NCBI RefSeq assembly: GCF_000007145.1
Contig: NC_003902.1
Coordinates: 1,747,436 to 1,779,435, forward strand
Direction of reading: 5' to 3'
Origin: Xanthomonas campestris pv. campestris str. ATCC 33913
GTDB lineage: Bacteria > Pseudomonadota > Gammaproteobacteria > Xanthomonadales > Xanthomonadaceae
DNA length: 32,000 bases
Shown: positions 7,960 through 16,060 of the stretch, in pieces
Position numbering within the stretch: position 1 is the first letter of the stretch
Layout of the letters: each line of letters begins with the position of its first letter
Program-made: the position numbers and the translations under genes
The notes under the pieces: model-generated
The model's database searches: none
Told to the model about the DNA's origin: nothing
The model's input: the letters and a program-made list of their open reading frames with translations, nothing else

Positions 7960-8050
7960 GCGCGGCGCGCGCAACGTCGCGTGCACATGCGACAATGCGC
8001 ATTCAGCGCCGGCGTCGGCGTGATCTTTTCACTTTCGGGAAGTGCATCGA

Positions 8051-9013
8051 ATGAAGATGGGAAAGCGCGGCGCGGCGGCGTCGCTACTGATGGTGGCAAT
8101 GTTGGCAACGATGCCTGCGATGTCGCAACAACCGGCCGCAGCGGCCACCAAGGAGAAGCCGGCTTTGAATGCATCGTCTGAAAAGAGCAACGTGAGTTAC
8201 GCCATCGGTATGGACGTGGCACGTTCGTTTGAGCCGATCGCGCAGGACATCGATGTGAGCGCCATGCAGCGCGCCATCGAGAACGCCTTCAAGGGCGGCA
8301 AGCCGCTGTTGTCCGACGAGCAGACCCAGGCCACCGACACCGCACTGCGCACCGCGCTGGCGGCACGCAATGGCCAGCAGATGCCGGGCATGGCACCGGG
8401 CAGCGCCCCGGCGGCGCCGTCCAAGGAAAATGTCGGCCTGATGCTGGGTGACCGCGCGGTTGGCCCGTCGCTGGCCGGCATCAAGGACGAGATCGATCTG
8501 TCGATCCTGATGGAAGCCGTCCGCACCGTATTCGCCAAGGGCACCACGCGGTTGACCCAGCAGGAAGCGGCCGCAACGATGCAGGCGTTCGCCACTGCCA
8601 AGCAGGGCGCAGCCGGCGCCAAGAATCGCGAAGAAGGCAATGCGTTCCTGGCCAAGAACAAGACCGAAAAGGGCGTGATCACCACGGCCTCGGGTCTGCA
8701 GTACATGGTGCTGCGCCAGGGCAGCGGCGAGCGCCCGATGCCTACCAACACGGTGCGCGTCAACTACGAAGGCAAGCTGCTCGACGGGAAGGTCTTCGAT
8801 AGCTCTTACCAGCGCGGCCAGCCGGCCGAGTTTGGTCTGAATCAAGTGATTGCTGGATGGACCGAGGGTGTCGCCTTGATGCCGGTCGGTTCGAAATATC
8901 GTTTCTGGATTCCATCCAACTTGGCCTATGGCCCGAACGGCACGCAAGGGGGGCCGATCGGACCGGACGCAACGTTGACGTTCGATGTCGAACTGATGGG
9001 TATCCTTCCCTGA
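8051..9013 (+). CDS. FKBP-type peptidyl-prolyl cis-trans isomerase, Mip/FkpA-like, with a duplicated N-terminal domain
   Basis: The track ORF starts at a GTG (8042). ATG 8051 follows GGGAAG (8037-8042). Signal peptide MKMGKRGAAASLLMVAMLATMPAMSQQ. The C-terminal FKBP domain reads VRVNYEGKLLDGKVFDSSYQRGQPAEFGLNQVIAGWTEGVALMPVGSKYRFWIPSNLAYG. Confidence 0.88.
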   Translation: MKMGKRGAAASLLMVAMLATMPAMSQQPAAAATKEKPALNASSEKSNVSYAIGMDVARSFEPIAQDIDVSAMQRAIENAFKGGKPLLSDEQTQATDTALRTALAARNGQQMPGMAPGSAPAAPSKENVGLMLGDRAVGPSLAGIKDEIDLSILMEAVRTVFAKGTTRLTQQEAAATMQAFATAKQGAAGAKNREEGNAFLAKNKTEKGVITTASGLQYMVLRQGSGERPMPTNTVRVNYEGKLLDGKVFDSSYQRGQPAEFGLNQVIAGWTEGVALMPVGSKYRFWIPSNLAYGPNGTQGGPIGPDATLTFDVELMGILP

Positions 9014-9037
9014 TCCCCCACAGGAGTACCCCCACCC

Positions 9038-10384
9038 ATGCGAGTTGCGATCTTTGGTACCGGCTATGTTGGTCTTGTCACCGGTACCTGTCTGGCGGAA
9101 GTAGGTCATCACGTTATCTGCGTGGATATCGACCAGGCGAAAGTTGATGGTCTCAATCGTGGGGTGATTCCCATCTATGAACCCGGCCTGGAGCCGATGG
9201 TGAAAGCCAACCACGCCTCTGGCCGGTTGCGCTTCACCACCGACGCGGCCGAGGCGATTGCGCACGGCGAAATCACCTTCATCGCCGTGGGCACGCCGCC
9301 GGACGAGGACGGCAGCGCCGACCTGCAGTACGTGCTGGCGGTTGCGCGCACCGTGGGCCGTCATATCGACGGGCCGTCGGTGATCGTCAATAAGTCCACG
9401 GTGCCGGTCGGTACCGCCGACAAGGTGCGCGCGGCCATCCAGGAAGAACTGGATGCACGCGGCGTGGACCATGAGTTCGACGTGGTTTCCAACCCTGAGT
9501 TCCTCAAGGAAGGCGACGCGGTGGCCGACTGCATGCGCCCGGACCGGATCGTGATCGGGGCCAAGAAGCCGGCAGCGATTGCACGCATGCGCCGTCTGTA
9601 TGCCCCGTTCAACCGCAACCGCGATCGCATCGTGGAAATGGATGTGCGCTCGGCCGAGCTGACCAAGTACGCGGCCAACGCGATGCTGGCGACCAAGATC
9701 AGTTTCATGAACGAGATCGCCAACATTGCCGAACGCGTCGGTGCGGACGTCGAGCATGTGCGTAACGGCATTGGTTCGGATCCGCGCATTGGCTGGCACT
9801 TCATCTATCCCGGTGCCGGCTACGGCGGCTCGTGCTTCCCGAAGGATGTGCAGGCGCTCGCCAAGACCGCGCAGCAGTACGGCATGCAGCCGACCCTGCT
9901 CAACGCGGTGGAAAGCGTCAACAACGCGCAGAAGGGGCATCTGTTCGAACTGGTGCAGCGTCACTATGCCGATGGCAACGGCAGCATCGCCGGCAAGACC
10001 TTTGCGGTGTGGGGCCTGGCGTTCAAGCCCAATACCGATGACATGCGTGCAGCCTCCAGCCGTCGCCTGATGGCGCAGTTGTGGGAAGCCGGTGCCAAGG
10101 TGCGCGCGTACGACCCCGAAGCCACGCACGAAGCCAAGCGCATCTTCGGCGAGCGCGACGACCTGGCGTTCTGCGACGACGCCTTCGCCGCACTGGAAGG
10201 CGCCGACGCGCTGGTCGTGGTCACCGAGTGGAAGCAGTTCCGCAGCCCGGATTTCGGCAAGATCAAGCAGGCTCTGAAGGACGACGTCGTGTTCGACGGC
10301 CGCAACCTGTACGACCCGCAGGAGATCGAAGCCGCAGGTCTGGCGTACTACGCCATCGGACGAGGCCGTTCGCTGCATGCATGA
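9038..10384 (+). CDS. ugd: UDP-glucose 6-dehydrogenase
   Basis: [32 protein letters not shown] is a Rossmann fold. The catalytic region GGSCFPKDV is present. 448 aa, with AGGAG 11 nt upstream of the ATG. Confidence 0.93.
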   Translation: MRVAIFGTGYVGLVTGTCLAEVGHHVICVDIDQAKVDGLNRGVIPIYEPGLEPMVKANHASGRLRFTTDAAEAIAHGEITFIAVGTPPDEDGSADLQYVLAVARTVGRHIDGPSVIVNKSTVPVGTADKVRAAIQEELDARGVDHEFDVVSNPEFLKEGDAVADCMRPDRIVIGAKKPAAIARMRRLYAPFNRNRDRIVEMDVRSAELTKYAANAMLATKISFMNEIANIAERVGADVEHVRNGIGSDPRIGWHFIYPGAGYGGSCFPKDVQALAKTAQQYGMQPTLLNAVESVNNAQKGHLFELVQRHYADGNGSIAGKTFAVWGLAFKPNTDDMRAASSRRLMAQLWEAGAKVRAYDPEATHEAKRIFGERDDLAFCDDAFAALEGADALVVVTEWKQFRSPDFGKIKQALKDDVVFDGRNLYDPQEIEAAGLAYYAIGRGRSLHA

Positions 10385-10613
10385 GCAACTCTCGCCGCGC
10401 GACCAGGAACTGGAAGCGCGGTTGGTGGAACTGGAAACGCGCCTCTCTTTTCAGGAGCAGGCGCTGACCGAACTGAGTGAAGCGCTTGCGGACGCCCGTT
10501 TGACGGGCGCCCGCAATGCCGAATTGATCCGCCACCTGCTCGAGGATCTGGGCAAGGTGCGCTCCACGTTGTTTGCGGATGCGGCGGACGAACCGCCACC
10601 GCCGCACTATTGA
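10377..10613 (+). CDS. slyX: SlyX family protein
   Basis: 78 aa. [26 protein letters not shown] and the C-terminal PPPPHY match E. coli SlyX (LEARLAELESRLAFQE...PPPHY). It overlaps the ugd stop by 8 nt. Confidence 0.85.
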   Translation: MHEQLSPRDQELEARLVELETRLSFQEQALTELSEALADARLTGARNAELIRHLLEDLGKVRSTLFADAADEPPPPHY

Positions 10614-10631
10614 TTGCAGATTGCCACCGCC

Positions 10632-11309
10632 ATGAGCGATACCCTACGTGACCAGTTGCTTGGGTTGGGCTTCAAGCCCGCCCCCAAGCCCGAACGCAAA
10701 CCCGACGCACGGCCTGCCGCGCGTCCGCATGGCAAGGGTGGCAAGCCTGCGCCCGGCAAGCCGGGACAGGGCAGGGGACCGCAGCGGCCGCATGCCGCTG
10801 CGGCACCCGACGGCAAGCCCGCGCCCTCCGCCAGGCCGCATCCGAACGCAGACCGTCGTGGGCCCCGGCCTGCGCGTACCCGCGAGGACATCGATCTGGC
10901 CAAGGCCTACGCGATCCGCGCGCAACGCGAGAAGGACGAGCGCATCGAAGCCGAGCGCGTGAAGCAGGAAGAAGCACGCCTGCGGCGCGAAGCCAAGGCC
11001 AAGCTGGAAGAACTGCTCAAGGACAAGAGCCTCAATCACGCGGAAGCGGACATCGCCCGCCATTTTCCATATGGCGGCAAGATCAAGCGCATCTACGTCA
11101 CCGCCGATCAGCTCAAGGCCCTCAATGCCGGCCAGTTGGGCGTGCTGCAACTCAACGGCCGCTATCTGCTGGTGACAGCGCAGGTGCTGGCCGAAGCCGA
11201 AGCCGTGTTTGCACCATCGGTAGCGTTGAAAGTGGATCCCAATGCACCGGCCGGTGACGACCCGTACGCCGACCCGAAGTATCAGGTGCCGGACGACCTG
11301 GTCTGGTGA
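10632..11309 (+). CDS. DUF2058 (YaiL-like) protein with a Lys/Pro/Arg-rich disordered N-terminal half
   Basis: Interior ATG at 10632 (MSDTLRDQLLGLGF). A charged coiled region AQREKDERIEAERVKQEEARLRREAKAKLEELL is followed by GKIKRIYVTADQLKALNAGQLGVLQLNGRYLLV. The family assignment is from memory. Confidence 0.7.
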   Translation: MSDTLRDQLLGLGFKPAPKPERKPDARPAARPHGKGGKPAPGKPGQGRGPQRPHAAAAPDGKPAPSARPHPNADRRGPRPARTREDIDLAKAYAIRAQREKDERIEAERVKQEEARLRREAKAKLEELLKDKSLNHAEADIARHFPYGGKIKRIYVTADQLKALNAGQLGVLQLNGRYLLVTAQVLAEAEAVFAPSVALKVDPNAPAGDDPYADPKYQVPDDLVW

Positions 11310-11349
11310 GGCGGGGCGTGTTTTTCCGGCACATTGAAGGCAGCAAATC

Positions 11350-11376
11350 AGGCACCTGAGCGGTGCCTTTTTGTTT
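11350..11376 (+). terminator. Rho-independent terminator downstream of the DUF2058 gene
   Basis: Stem aggcacc / ggtgcct (7 bp), loop tgagc, followed by ttttgttt. Confidence 0.75.
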
Positions 11377-11562
11377 GCCCGTCGCTGTCTTTGTTGGCCC
11401 GCAGGCCTAACGAATGCCCGCCTTCCAGCGCTTCGGTTCTGTTGCGCCGCGATACACAGGCTAATCACGGCCAGCACCCCACCATCGCAGCGCTCGCGGA
11501 TGGCGGCTTCGGGATGATGACGCGACTGATGCGCCGCCGCTTCTTCATTGGAAGGTCTTGCC

Positions 11563-12399
11563 ATGTCCGCACTGTCGCTTTTTCGTCTTGCTTCTTCCCC
11601 TGCGGCTGAAGCAACGTATTGCGCGCAATCACGTCGCCGATCATTTGCACGCGGTCTCGGTACATCCGCCGCAGTGCTGCTCGCACTGACTCTGCTCAGC
11701 CAGCGCGCTTCCGCGCAGGCCGACGATGCGCCGGCGTTCGATCGCCCGGGGATCCCGTTCGCGGCCGAGACGCTGCGCCCCGGCGCGTTTGCCTGGGAGC
11801 AGGGGCTTCCCGATGCCAGCACTGACCGCAGCGGCGGGCAGCGCACCACGCTGTACACGGCCGATACCGTGCTGCGCCTGGGCCTGTTTGAGAACGTCGA
11901 GCTGCAGCTGGGCAGTGACAGCTACAACTGGCAGCACGGCGGTGGTGAACGTGTGCGGGGTGGTGGCGACAGCCACGTTGCGCTCAAGGTGGCGCTGCCG
12001 TCGCGCGTGGAGAGCTTTCATTGGGCCGTGCTCGGCAGCTACAGCGTGCCGACCGGCAGTGCGGCCTTCAGCGACGGCTATTCGCGCGAACTGGGTGTCA
12101 CCGCCTCGTGGGACCTACCGCAGGAGCGCGCATTGGCGTTGTACGTCAACTATGCCCGCGATAGCGATGGCCACCAATGGACCTTCGCACCGAACTACAC
12201 CTTCTTTTCCGGCGAGCACTTCAGCACCTATGTGGAAGCCGGCATCGACTCGGGGGGTGACCATGCACGGGTGGCGGGCGCGGGCGGTGCATGGCAGCTG
12301 CCGCACGCGATGCAGTTGGATGTCTCGGTGTTGCGGGGGCTGACCTCCGAGAGCCCGGACTGGCAGGGCGGGTTAGGGCTGTCGATCGCGTTCCAGTGA
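11563..12399 (+). CDS. Outer-membrane beta-barrel protein (MetA-pathway/'transporter' PF13557-like)
   Basis: The track ORF begins at a TTG (11548). ATG 11563 follows GGAAGG. The signal-like region is SRRRSFARGLGTSAAVLLALTLLSQRASAQA. An alternating beta-strand pattern (LRLGLFENVELQLG, ALALYVNYA, WQGGLGLSIAFQ) ends in an aromatic-rich C-terminus. The family call is tentative. Confidence 0.6.
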   Translation: MSALSLFRLASSPAAEATYCAQSRRRSFARGLGTSAAVLLALTLLSQRASAQADDAPAFDRPGIPFAAETLRPGAFAWEQGLPDASTDRSGGQRTTLYTADTVLRLGLFENVELQLGSDSYNWQHGGGERVRGGGDSHVALKVALPSRVESFHWAVLGSYSVPTGSAAFSDGYSRELGVTASWDLPQERALALYVNYARDSDGHQWTFAPNYTFFSGEHFSTYVEAGIDSGGDHARVAGAGGAWQLPHAMQLDVSVLRGLTSESPDWQGGLGLSIAFQ

Positions 12400-12582
12400 G
12401 GGTGAGCCGCGGATACGCTGGGGCCAGCACACAGGCGCTGCGCTTGGAGTCAGGGCGCTTGCTCTGGTCGTCGTGGGGCAAGGGACATTCGTCAGTACCA
12501 TTGGACTGACCAACGCACGCTCCAGCCCGTTCCCACAGAAATGCTGCACTGCCGCATGCATTGAATGCAGGGAAAAGGCCTA

Positions 12583-12598
12583 ATTGGATCGATCCAAT
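12583..12598. promoter_or_regulatory. Perfect 16-bp palindrome ATTGGATCGATCCAAT (LacI-family-type operator candidate)
   Basis: All 8 base pairs are symmetric around a central CG, as in many LacI/GalR-family operators. It lies 45 nt upstream of the proposed GTG start of the LacI-family gene. A second palindrome, TGCATTGAATGCA, is at 12557-12569. Confidence 0.55.
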
Positions 12599-12643
12599 CA
12601 GCGTCGAGTGCATGCCTCTTCCTTACCACTCCAGGTCTGCTGC

Positions 12644-13753
12644 GTGACCCGCACCACGCCGGCGCCTCCGTCGCCTGAGGACGACGCAGCGCGCAGCACC
12701 CGCCGTGGCGCGGTGACCTTGCGCGATATCGCCAACGCCATCGGTGTCTCGCGCGCGACGGTGTCGCTGGTGCTGCGTGGCAGCCCGCTGGTGCATGCGA
12801 GCACGCGCGCGCGGGTCGAGGCCGAGCTGGATCGCCAACATTATGTCTATAACCGTGCCGCCGCCAATCTGCGCCGCCGCACGTCATCCAGCATCGCGCT
12901 GGTGATCAATGATCTGTCCAATCCGTTCTTTGCCGAATTCGCTGCTGGCGTGGACGAGGCGCTGGGCGCAGCCGGGTACGTGACCTTGCTCGGTAGCACC
13001 GGTGAATCCACGCAGCGCCAGCAGGCGGTGCTGAGCTCGCTGATGGAGCACACGCCCGCCGGCATTATCCTGTCGCCGGCCGAAGGCAGTCAGGCGCAGG
13101 CACTGACCCAGGCATTGGGACGGCAGCGCAACGTGCTGCTGTTCAATCGCGAGGTCGCCGACGCCGAGTGGGATCTGCTGGCGCTGGACAACGAGCAGGG
13201 CGCGTTCGAGGCCTGCTCGCATCTCATCGCGCAGGGCCATCGGCATATCGTGTTTTTCGGTGGGCATGCCGCATCCAGTTCCTGCCGGCAACGGCGCGCC
13301 GGTTACGCGCGCGCAATGGCGGCCGCCGGTCTGGCAGTGCAGTGGGTGGAGTCGGCGCCCAACCGCCAGGATGCCGCAGTCTGTGCGACCCAGATGCTTG
13401 CGCACCCCGACCGCACTGCCAGTGCCGCGGTTTGCTACAACGACAGCGTTGCACTCGGATTGATGGCCGCGTTGGCCATGCGCGGCATTGTGCCCGGCCG
13501 CGACTTCGCAGTGACCGGCTTTGACGATATCGCCGAAGCCGGCTTGTTCACCCCCGCACTCACCACCTTGGCGGCCGACCCGCGCGCGCGTGGGCAGCAG
13601 GCCGCACAGCTGATGCTGCAGCGCATTGAAGACCCCGACCATGCGCCGCAGCGGCTTACCGCCGCGGTGGCATTGAAGATTCGCGCGAGCAGCGCATGTG
13701 CACCGTCCCCCGCAGTGTCCACCCATCCCCCCACCAAGGCCCCAGGCCGCTGA
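12644..13753 (+). CDS. LacI-family transcriptional regulator
   Basis: HTH VTLRDIANAIGVSRATVSLVLRG...RARVEAELDRQHYVYNRAAANLRR followed by a periplasmic-binding-protein-like sugar-binding fold. The start is uncertain. The track start at 12584 is a TTG inside the palindrome. In-frame GTGs occur at 12608, 12644 and 12713. GC3 becomes coding-like from about 12644. Confidence 0.85.
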   Translation: MTRTTPAPPSPEDDAARSTRRGAVTLRDIANAIGVSRATVSLVLRGSPLVHASTRARVEAELDRQHYVYNRAAANLRRRTSSSIALVINDLSNPFFAEFAAGVDEALGAAGYVTLLGSTGESTQRQQAVLSSLMEHTPAGIILSPAEGSQAQALTQALGRQRNVLLFNREVADAEWDLLALDNEQGAFEACSHLIAQGHRHIVFFGGHAASSSCRQRRAGYARAMAAAGLAVQWVESAPNRQDAAVCATQMLAHPDRTASAAVCYNDSVALGLMAALAMRGIVPGRDFAVTGFDDIAEAGLFTPALTTLAADPRARGQQAAQLMLQRIEDPDHAPQRLTAAVALKIRASSACAPSPAVSTHPPTKAPGR

Positions 13754-13766
13754 CCAGGCAACTCCT

Positions 13767-15077
13767 ATGGTTTCCCTTTCCACGCAATCCAATGTGCCAA
13801 GCGGCAACAAGGCGCCCGTCAACAACGGCGTCGCGTTGTCGGTGGCCACCACGATCTTTTTCATGTGGGGCTTTCTCACCTGCCTCAACGACATCCTGAT
13901 CCCGCATTTGAAGGCGGTGTTCGAGCTCAACTTCGCGCAGGCGATGCTGGTGCAGTTCACCTTCTTCGGCGCGTATTTCCTGATGTCGCTGCCGGCCGGC
14001 TGGCTGGTGGCGCGGTTGGGTTACAAGCAGGGCATCGTGGCTGGCCTGGCGGTGGCGGCGGTTGGCGCGCTGGGCTTCTGGCCGGCGGCGGAATTGCGCG
14101 TGTATGGCGCCTTCCTCGGTGCGTTGTTCGTGCTGGCCACCGGCATCACCATCCTGCAAGTGGCGGCCAATCCATACGTGGCGCTGCTCGGTCCCGAGCG
14201 CAGCGCATCGAGCCGGCTGACCCTGGCACAGGCGCTCAATTCGCTTGGTACCGCGATCGCGCCGCTGTTCGGTGGCTGGCTGATCCTGTCCAACACCGTG
14301 ATGACGGGCGACCAGCTCAAGGTGCTGCCGGACGCCGAGCAGTTGGCCTATCGCGTGCAGGAAGCGCAGGCAGTGCAGGGGCCCTATATCGGCCTGGCGG
14401 TGGTGTTGTTCCTGCTGGCGATCTTCGTGTTCCTGTTCCGCCTGCCGGCGCTCACCGATGCGAGTGCGCAGAAGGACGAAAGCGCGCATTCACTGCTGGA
14501 TGCATTGCGCCACCCGCATGTGCGGTTCGGCGTGCTGGCGATCTTCTTCTATGTGGGGGCGGAAGTCGCGATCGGCAGCCTGATGGTCAACTACTTCTCG
14601 CTGCCGCAGATCGGCGGCTTCACCGAGCGTCAGGCAACCAACTACGTCTCCGCGTACTGGACGCTGGCGATGATCGGGCGCTTCATTGGCTCGGCGCTGC
14701 TGGCCAAGTTGTCGCCGCGCGTGTTGTTGTCGGTATTCGCAGGTATCAATGCGCTGCTGCTGGGCCTGACCATGGCCAGTGGCGGGATGCTGGCGGTGTA
14801 TGCGCTGGTGGCGATCGGCCTGTTCAACTCGATCATGTTCCCGACCATTTTCACCTTGGGCATCGAGCGTCTTGGCCCGCTGACCGGGCGTGCGTCGAGC
14901 CTGCTGATCATGGCCATTGTGGGCGGCGCGATCGTGCCCTACCTGCAGGGCCTGCTGGCAGACCGCATCGGCTTGCATGAGTCGTTCGTGTTGCCGCTGC
15001 TGTGCTACCTGTACATCGTGTTTTACGGCATCTGGGGCTCGCGTCTGCGCGGCGCACTGGCGGAGGCGCGCGCATGA
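13767..15077 (+). CDS. Sugar MFS transporter, FucP/GluP (glucose/galactose-fucose) family
   Basis: Interior ATG at 13767 (MVSLSTQ), 14 nt after the LacI stop. TTIFFMWGFLTCLNDILIPHLKAVFELNFAQAMLVQFTFFGAYFLMSLPAG is typical of TC 2.A.1.7. About 12 TM segments. Confidence 0.88.
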   Translation: MVSLSTQSNVPSGNKAPVNNGVALSVATTIFFMWGFLTCLNDILIPHLKAVFELNFAQAMLVQFTFFGAYFLMSLPAGWLVARLGYKQGIVAGLAVAAVGALGFWPAAELRVYGAFLGALFVLATGITILQVAANPYVALLGPERSASSRLTLAQALNSLGTAIAPLFGGWLILSNTVMTGDQLKVLPDAEQLAYRVQEAQAVQGPYIGLAVVLFLLAIFVFLFRLPALTDASAQKDESAHSLLDALRHPHVRFGVLAIFFYVGAEVAIGSLMVNYFSLPQIGGFTERQATNYVSAYWTLAMIGRFIGSALLAKLSPRVLLSVFAGINALLLGLTMASGGMLAVYALVAIGLFNSIMFPTIFTLGIERLGPLTGRASSLLIMAIVGGAIVPYLQGLLADRIGLHESFVLPLLCYLYIVFYGIWGSRLRGALAEARA

Positions 15078-16060
15078 GTGCTGCCAAGAACCAGGTGGTG
15101 TGTTTCGGCGAAGCGCTGATCGACATGCTGGCGCTGCCGCCGGCCGGCCCGGACGAGGCCCGCACCTTCGCCCAATATGCGGGTGGCGCTCCGGCCAACG
15201 TGGCTGTTGCGGTGGCACGCCTGGGCGGCGCGGCGCATTTTGTAGGCATGCTCGGGCGCGACATGTTTGGCGATTTTCTGCTGGAGAGCCTGCAGCAGGC
15301 CGGTGTCGTGACCGATGGCATCGTGCGCACCGATGAGGCCAAGACGGCGCTGGCATTCGTCGCGCTGGATGCGGCCGGCGAACGCAGTTTCAGCTTCTAT
15401 CGCCCGCCGGCGGCCGACCTGTTGTTCCGTGCCGAACATTTCGCCGCCGATGGCTTTGCGCAGGCGGCCGTGTTGCACGTGTGCTCCAACAGCATGACCG
15501 AGCCGGCCATCGCGCGGTGCACGCTCGACGGCATGCGCCGCGCGCGTGCCGATGGCGCCATCGTCAGCCTGGATCTCAATCTGCGCCCGATGCTGTGGCC
15601 GCAGGATGTCGACCCGGCACCGCTGTTGTGGGAAGCGCTCGCGCTTGCCGACGTGGTGAAACTGTCGCGCGAAGAGCTCGACTATCTCGCCGGCACGCTC
15701 GACAGCGATGCCAGCGCGGTGACGCAGAAGCTGTGGCAAGGCCACGCCCGTTGGTTGCTGGTCACCGATGGCGGCGGGCCGGTGCATTGGCAGACGCGTG
15801 TGGATTCCGGGCAGGTGCCCGCGTTCCATGTGCAGGTGCGCGACAGCACGGCGGCCGGCGATGCCTTCGTGGGCGGCCTGTTGTTCCAGCTGGCAGCGCG
15901 CGCGAGCACGCTTGAGCAGCTGTGTGCCGACCCGGCGGCCATTGCCGAGGTGATTCGCTTCGCCGCCGCGGTTGGTGCGCTGGCGGTGACACGCAAGGGC
16001 GCGTTTGCCGCGATGCCCAGCGTTGACGAGGTCCATTCTTTGATCCAGGAACAATCATGA
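15074..16060 (+). CDS. PfkB-family carbohydrate kinase (fructokinase-like)
   Basis: Interior ATG at 15074 overlaps the transporter stop (ATGA). VVCFGEALIDML...GGAPANVAVAVARLGG and DSTAAGDAFVGGLL are PfkB signatures. Confidence 0.88.
   Translation: MSAAKNQVVCFGEALIDMLALPPAGPDEARTFAQYAGGAPANVAVAVARLGGAAHFVGMLGRDMFGDFLLESLQQAGVVTDGIVRTDEAKTALAFVALDAAGERSFSFYRPPAADLLFRAEHFAADGFAQAAVLHVCSNSMTEPAIARCTLDGMRRARADGAIVSLDLNLRPMLWPQDVDPAPLLWEALALADVVKLSREELDYLAGTLDSDASAVTQKLWQGHARWLLVTDGGGPVHWQTRVDSGQVPAFHVQVRDSTAAGDAFVGGLLFQLAARASTLEQLCADPAAIAEVIRFAAAVGALAVTRKGAFAAMPSVDEVHSLIQEQS

Noticed and set aside
8084-10378. A 764-aa ORF on the minus strand, the longest in that region
   Set aside because: It lies exactly antisense to the clearly identifiable FKBP and ugd genes. 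Its product is Arg/Ala/Gly/His-rich low-complexity sequence with no recognisable motifs. This is a typical shadow ORF of high-GC DNA, where stop codons are rare on the antisense strand.
11465-11686. A small minus-strand ORF ending ...MKKRRRISRVIIPKPPSASAAMVGCWP, divergent from the OMP gene
   Set aside because: The long form overlaps the OMP gene start antisense. The short 27-aa form has no SD, no conservation evidence available to me and no recognisable peptide family.
10644-11858. A 404-aa minus-strand ORF. Similar long alternative-frame ORFs occur at 12884-13960(-), 13865-14980(+), 15023-16054(-), 17540-19018(+), 19691-20632(+), 20727-21647(+), 22745-23989(-) and 25422-26768(-)
   Set aside because: Each lies antisense to, or out of frame with, a gene that has strong family signatures (DUF2058/OMP, LacI, MFS, PfkB, MetH, ACAD, SGNH). 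All show the Arg/Ala/Gly/Pro-rich composition of GC-driven spurious ORFs.
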